DNA of 19,967 bases from a bacterium (GTDB lineage: Bacteria; Zhuqueibacterota; Zhuqueibacteria; Oceanimicrobiales; Oceanimicrobiaceae), in NCBI GenBank assembly GCA_046757165.1, contig JBHHXT010000081.1:1-19967 (forward strand), written 5' to 3'. The number at the start of each line of letters is the position of its first letter. Within the stretch, counting starts at the first letter, position 1. The notes beneath the pieces were generated by a model. It saw only the letters and a list, made by a program, of their open reading frames with translations, made no database searches and was not told the origin of the DNA. The position numbers and the translations under genes were made by a program. Below, piece by piece: positions 16,239-19,967 of the stretch.

Positions 16239-16670
16239 TCAGCGGTTCAGATGGATGACCATTCGGGTTACATTCCCACGGCGCGGCAGTTTCTTGAATT
16301 CCACTTCGTCAACCAGGTTTTTGATCAGGAACATGCCCCAGCCGCGAGTGTCATCGCAATTGTTCAACTGATGCTCGATTCTCGGGTCCGGCATGCTTGT
16401 ATCGACGCCCTGGCCCTGGTCTTCGACGTTGACCTCGAGACTCTTTTTGCCCATTCTCAAAGTCACTAGCACCATCGTGTTTTTCTTGAGCCGGTTACCG
16501 TGCTCCATGGCATTTGTGCACGCCTCCGAGACCGCGGTTCTCAAATCATCGATTCTGCTCTGGTGGAATTGCATCAATCTGGCTACAGCGGCGGCTGAGT
16601 CCATGGCCACTTTCTCGTATCCCAAAACGGACGGGATATGAATTTCGATGGTGTTGTACTTCTTTAACAT
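16239..16670 (-). CDS. rsbW: RsbW/SpoIIAB-type anti-sigma factor Ser/Thr kinase (HATPase_c_2)
   Basis: AVSEACTNAMEHGN, V.DQGQG, RGWGMFLIKNLVDEVEF; 143 aa. Confidence 0.92.
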   Translation of the reverse strand: MLKKYNTIEIHIPSVLGYEKVAMDSAAAVARLMQFHQSRIDDLRTAVSEACTNAMEHGNRLKKNTMVLVTLRMGKKSLEVNVEDQGQGVDTSMPDPRIEHQLNNCDDTRGWGMFLIKNLVDEVEFKKLPRRGNVTRMVIHLNR

Positions 16671-16685
16671 GGTTCAACCTATCGG

Positions 16686-18188
16686 TTAGGTCAACTCGAG
16701 AATGACCAGGGTGACATCATCATGGACATTGGTTTCGCCACAGTAGGCGTGCATGGCGTGGATGAGATTGTCGACCATCTCGTCTGGCGCGAAGTTCGAG
16801 TTCCCCCTGATCGATGCCGAAAAGCGATGGAAGCCGTACGACTCGTCGCTGCCGTTCATCGCATCGACAATGCCATCGGTGTAAAAGATGAGTTTGTCCC
16901 CTGGTTTCAGTTTCAGGACCAACTGTTCGTAGGTGGTGGCCTGCACAATGCCCAGAGGGAAACGATCGCTTTTTTCTGCCTGGGGCAGGAACCGAATCTC
17001 ACCGTCCCGCAACAGGAAGGGCAGGGTTTGCCCGGCGTTGGTGTACCTCATGGTGTGGTTGACCGGGTCGAAAATGCCGTAAAAGAGCGCCACAAACATA
17101 TGATTCTGAATATCTTTGTGCAGGCGTGCGTTGACCATCGTCAAGACCTCATCGGTGCGCCGCTTTTCCTCGGCGGCAAAGCGCATGGCGCTCATGGCCG
17201 CGGTCATGACCATTGCCGCGGAGACCCCGTGACCGGAGACATCGCCAACGACGATGCCCAGCTTGCCCTCCTCGATCTGCAAGAAGTCATAAAAGTCGCC
17301 ACCGACTTCTTTGGTCGGAATGGATTTGGCGCTGATCCGCAGGCCGTCTATCCGGGGATGCGTGTCCGGCAACATATGGGACTGCATATCGCGCGCGACA
17401 TTGAACTCATGCCAGATACGGGCATTTTCGCGCAGCGACTGCACCATGCTGTTGAAGGATTGAGCCAGCACGCCGATCTCATCGTTGGCCCGGTGCTCGA
17501 TTGAAATGTCCCAGTTGCCGCGGGCGACCTCTTGCGTGCTTTCTGTCAGGCGCTGTACAGGTTTGAACATCTGGCGGATAATCAAGTAGATCAGCACAAT
17601 GTCGAGCAGCATGACGATTCCGACCAGTTGAATCAAGGTCTCCCGCAACTGGTCGCGGCTGGAAAAGACATCCTTTTCATAGCCTGTGGCTAGAATCACC
17701 CACTTCCAGGGTGCAAAGTATTTGTAGTAACCGATCTTCTTCTCCCCCTGACGGCCCTGTGCGATGGTTCCCTGCCGGTAGCTGGTGAAGTTCGAGTAGC
17801 CATTGATTCCGCCATGGCTGTCAATTTCGTCGAGAATCTTCGTGATGTGCGGGAAATCTTCGTTGTACAGGGATTTGCCTTCGTCAGTCGGGTGGATGAC
17901 CAGCACGCCTTTTTTCGCTCTCTCATCATTCCCGATGACTGCGATGTAGCCGTATTGGGCAATATGCAGCGCCTTGATTTCCTTGACCAGCTCCTGCGAG
18001 GGGCCGAGCCTGTTCTTGTAGTGGCGGTCACAGAGCGCAAACGCTTGCTCCGTTTTTGAAATGAGCAGCTCCCGCGCCAACCCTTTGATCTTCCATTTCG
18101 ATTCGCGGTAGCCCAGAAAGCTTGTGACCGTCACAGAAGCCACGATCAGCAGAACCGAAACCAGGATCAATTTGAATCTCAAACTCAT
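16686..18188 (-). CDS. Membrane Cache-HAMP-PP2C (SpoIIE/RsbU-like) phosphatase
   Basis: Two transmembrane segments flank a Cache-like domain (GYIAVI...LVIHP..EG; YF.PWKWVI). HAMP DEIGVLAQSFNSM. PP2C motifs VGGDFYD, GDVSGHG, YTDGI, DDVT. Confidence 0.93.
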   Translation of the reverse strand: MSLRFKLILVSVLLIVASVTVTSFLGYRESKWKIKGLARELLISKTEQAFALCDRHYKNRLGPSQELVKEIKALHIAQYGYIAVIGNDERAKKGVLVIHPTDEGKSLYNEDFPHITKILDEIDSHGGINGYSNFTSYRQGTIAQGRQGEKKIGYYKYFAPWKWVILATGYEKDVFSSRDQLRETLIQLVGIVMLLDIVLIYLIIRQMFKPVQRLTESTQEVARGNWDISIEHRANDEIGVLAQSFNSMVQSLRENARIWHEFNVARDMQSHMLPDTHPRIDGLRISAKSIPTKEVGGDFYDFLQIEEGKLGIVVGDVSGHGVSAAMVMTAAMSAMRFAAEEKRRTDEVLTMVNARLHKDIQNHMFVALFYGIFDPVNHTMRYTNAGQTLPFLLRDGEIRFLPQAEKSDRFPLGIVQATTYEQLVLKLKPGDKLIFYTDGIVDAMNGSDESYGFHRFSASIRGNSNFAPDEMVDNLIHAMHAYCGETNVHDDVTLVILELT

Positions 18189-18197
18189 TGGCGCATT

Positions 18198-19736
18198 CTA
18201 TTCTTCAGGATAGATACCAAGCCGGTCGATTTTTTTCTGCAACCCCAACCGGCTGATGCCCAATTTGCGCGACACCTCGCTTTTGTTCCAGCGATATCTC
18301 TGCAGAGCTTCCTTGATCAAATGGGTCTCCAGGGCATCCATGGCCTCTCGCAACGAGCTGGCCTGCAAACCATTGGGTAACTCGAGATTGCTCTGCGCGC
18401 GGCTGACCTTGTGTGACAGATCCTCCGGCTGAATGATGGCGCCATCACCTGCAAGGGTCAGGGCACGCTCGACTTCGTTTTCGAGCTCGCGGACGTTGCC
18501 GGGCCACTCGTACTGCATCAACTGTTTCATCGCTTTGGTGGAAAAGCCCTGAATGCGGCTGCCGATTCTCTGTTGCAGCTTTTTGACAAAATGGGTCACC
18601 AGCAACGGGATGTCATCACGCCTGCTGCGCAGTGAGGGCAGGTGCAGCTCGAGAACCCCCAGCCGAAAGTACAGATCTTCACGGAAGTTGCCCTCCTTCA
18701 TTTCCGCTTCGAGATTCTTGTTCGTGGCAGCAATCACGCGCACGTCCACGGAGATTTCCTTCGTGCCGCCGACCCGCCGGAAGCAGCGCTCCTGCAGGAC
18801 TCGCAAAATCTTCGCTTGCGAGCTCACCGGCATATCTCCGATCTCATCGATGAAAAGCGTCCCGCCATCTGCTTGCTCAAAGTACCCAATATGTTTCTTC
18901 ACCCCGGTCGCGACTCCTGCTTCGATGCCGAACAACTCCGACTCGACCAGATTCTCAGGAATGGCGGTGGAGTTGATGGCCACAAACGGTTTGTCCTGGC
19001 GTGGACCGAGGTAATGGATAGTCTTGGCGAGCAGCTCTTTTCCAGTACCGGTCTCGCCGTAGATGAGCACATTTGCCGGGCTTTTCGCCACATTTCGGGC
19101 CTGCTGCAGGAGGGTTCGAATTTTTTCGCTCTGGCCAAACATTCGGCCGCCTTCATACTCCTTCACCACTTCTTCTCTCAGCGCGATGTTTTCCAGACGC
19201 AGACGGTCCTGGGCATCTCTTAGCTCCTCATAGAGGTGCAGATTTTCCAATGCTGAGGCCGCGTGGTTCACGGCTGCTTCTATCAACTCCAGGTCTGCAG
19301 CGGAGTAGGGGGCTCCGGACAATTTTTCTCCGAGGAAGACGCCGCCGAGAATGCCGTCCCGGCCAAAAAACTCTGCCCAGGCCACGCTGTTCTCCGTCGC
19401 TGCTGTCAACTTCTGTTTTTGCAAAAAAACGAGGAGCAAAGATTTCCGTTCCGCGGCCTTCTTGCCGTCGAACCTTGCAGACAACACCTGGCGCTGCAGG
19501 CCAGGGGAGATGTCACGTTCAAAACCGCGATCTGCACCGACGCGCCATTCATGAGGCGTGACCTTCACCAGCATCAAGCCATGCTCGACGCCAAACGTCC
19601 CCATCAAAATGGAAAGCACCTCCTTGTACAGGCGCGTGATATCGCGACAATTGCTCAGGGCATTGGAGAGTTCATAGAGCGTCTGCAAGTGAAAAACTTG
19701 TCGCTCGAGGGCGGAGGTTTCTTCTTTCCCACTCAT
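18198..19736 (-). CDS. Sigma-54-type enhancer-binding protein, GAF-like + AAA+ + Fis HTH
   Basis: GETGTGKE, ESELFG, GGTLFIDEIG, QAKILRVLQE, RVIAATN, FREDLYFRL, WPGNVREL, C-terminal HTH. The loop-1 motif reads GVATGV. Confidence 0.95.
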   Translation of the reverse strand: MSGKEETSALERQVFHLQTLYELSNALSNCRDITRLYKEVLSILMGTFGVEHGLMLVKVTPHEWRVGADRGFERDISPGLQRQVLSARFDGKKAAERKSLLLVFLQKQKLTAATENSVAWAEFFGRDGILGGVFLGEKLSGAPYSAADLELIEAAVNHAASALENLHLYEELRDAQDRLRLENIALREEVVKEYEGGRMFGQSEKIRTLLQQARNVAKSPANVLIYGETGTGKELLAKTIHYLGPRQDKPFVAINSTAIPENLVESELFGIEAGVATGVKKHIGYFEQADGGTLFIDEIGDMPVSSQAKILRVLQERCFRRVGGTKEISVDVRVIAATNKNLEAEMKEGNFREDLYFRLGVLELHLPSLRSRRDDIPLLVTHFVKKLQQRIGSRIQGFSTKAMKQLMQYEWPGNVRELENEVERALTLAGDGAIIQPEDLSHKVSRAQSNLELPNGLQASSLREAMDALETHLIKEALQRYRWNKSEVSRKLGISRLGLQKKIDRLGIYPEE

Positions 19737-19790
19737 CCTTTGATACGCAAAGTTCAGAATCTGGTGTGGCGTCGCTGGTCATCGATGCGG

Positions 19791-19807
19791 TGCTAACTAA
19801 GTTAGCA
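19791..19807. promoter_or_regulatory. Candidate operator palindrome
   Basis: TGCTAACT-A-AGTTAGCA, a perfect 8-bp inverted repeat with a 1-nt spacer, directly downstream of the predicted start site of the minus-strand promoter. Confidence 0.6.
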
Positions 19808-19817
19808 TGCTGGCTCA

Positions 19818-19846
19818 ATAATACGACCCTTTTTACAAAATGTCAA
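19818..19846 (-). promoter_or_regulatory. Sigma-70-type promoter of the activator-phosphatase-kinase operon
   Basis: Minus strand TTGACA (19846-19841), 17-nt spacer, TATTAT (19823-19818). Confidence 0.75.
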
Positions 19847-19967
19847 GATATTTTACCAATGACTTGATTATCGCGTTTTCTTGTGATTTCAACTTCGAGA
19901 TCTTGGAGATGTTGAGATGAATCCTGCTTTGCAATGCTGACCTGGCTTGAGCGGCGGGCCATGTTGA

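Overview
Bacterial chromosomal window with mostly housekeeping and signalling genes. The short primary-type sigma factor lacking region 1.1 suggests an FCB-group lineage such as KSB1/Calditrichota (inference only). Left to right: 5' end of a minus-strand gene with ETDR heptad repeats; M28/PA-domain peptidase; Ca2+/Na+ antiporter; HD protein; DUF3810 HExxH protein; convergent priA and rpoD-like sigma gene; a sensor-less histidine kinase plus a receiver ORF; a small Cys-rich protein plus pepE; a DUF4920 protein; then a minus-strand signalling cluster. That cluster is transcribed as GAF-AAA+-Fis activator, Cache-HAMP-PP2C phosphatase, RsbW-like kinase, GAF-PAS hybrid kinase, coaE and a MapZ-like PilZ protein. 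Best leads: (i) an activator/phosphatase/anti-sigma-kinase operon with no STAS partner, a GVATGV loop in place of GAFTGA, and a perfect palindrome just after its promoter; (ii) a kinase and receiver that would fuse into one hybrid kinase if one A were removed from an A7 run; (iii) several unrelated palindromic intergenic elements, including an inverted REP doublet with compensatory base changes. No CRISPR array, tRNA, rRNA or intact transposase was seen. All family calls come from motif recognition, not database searches.
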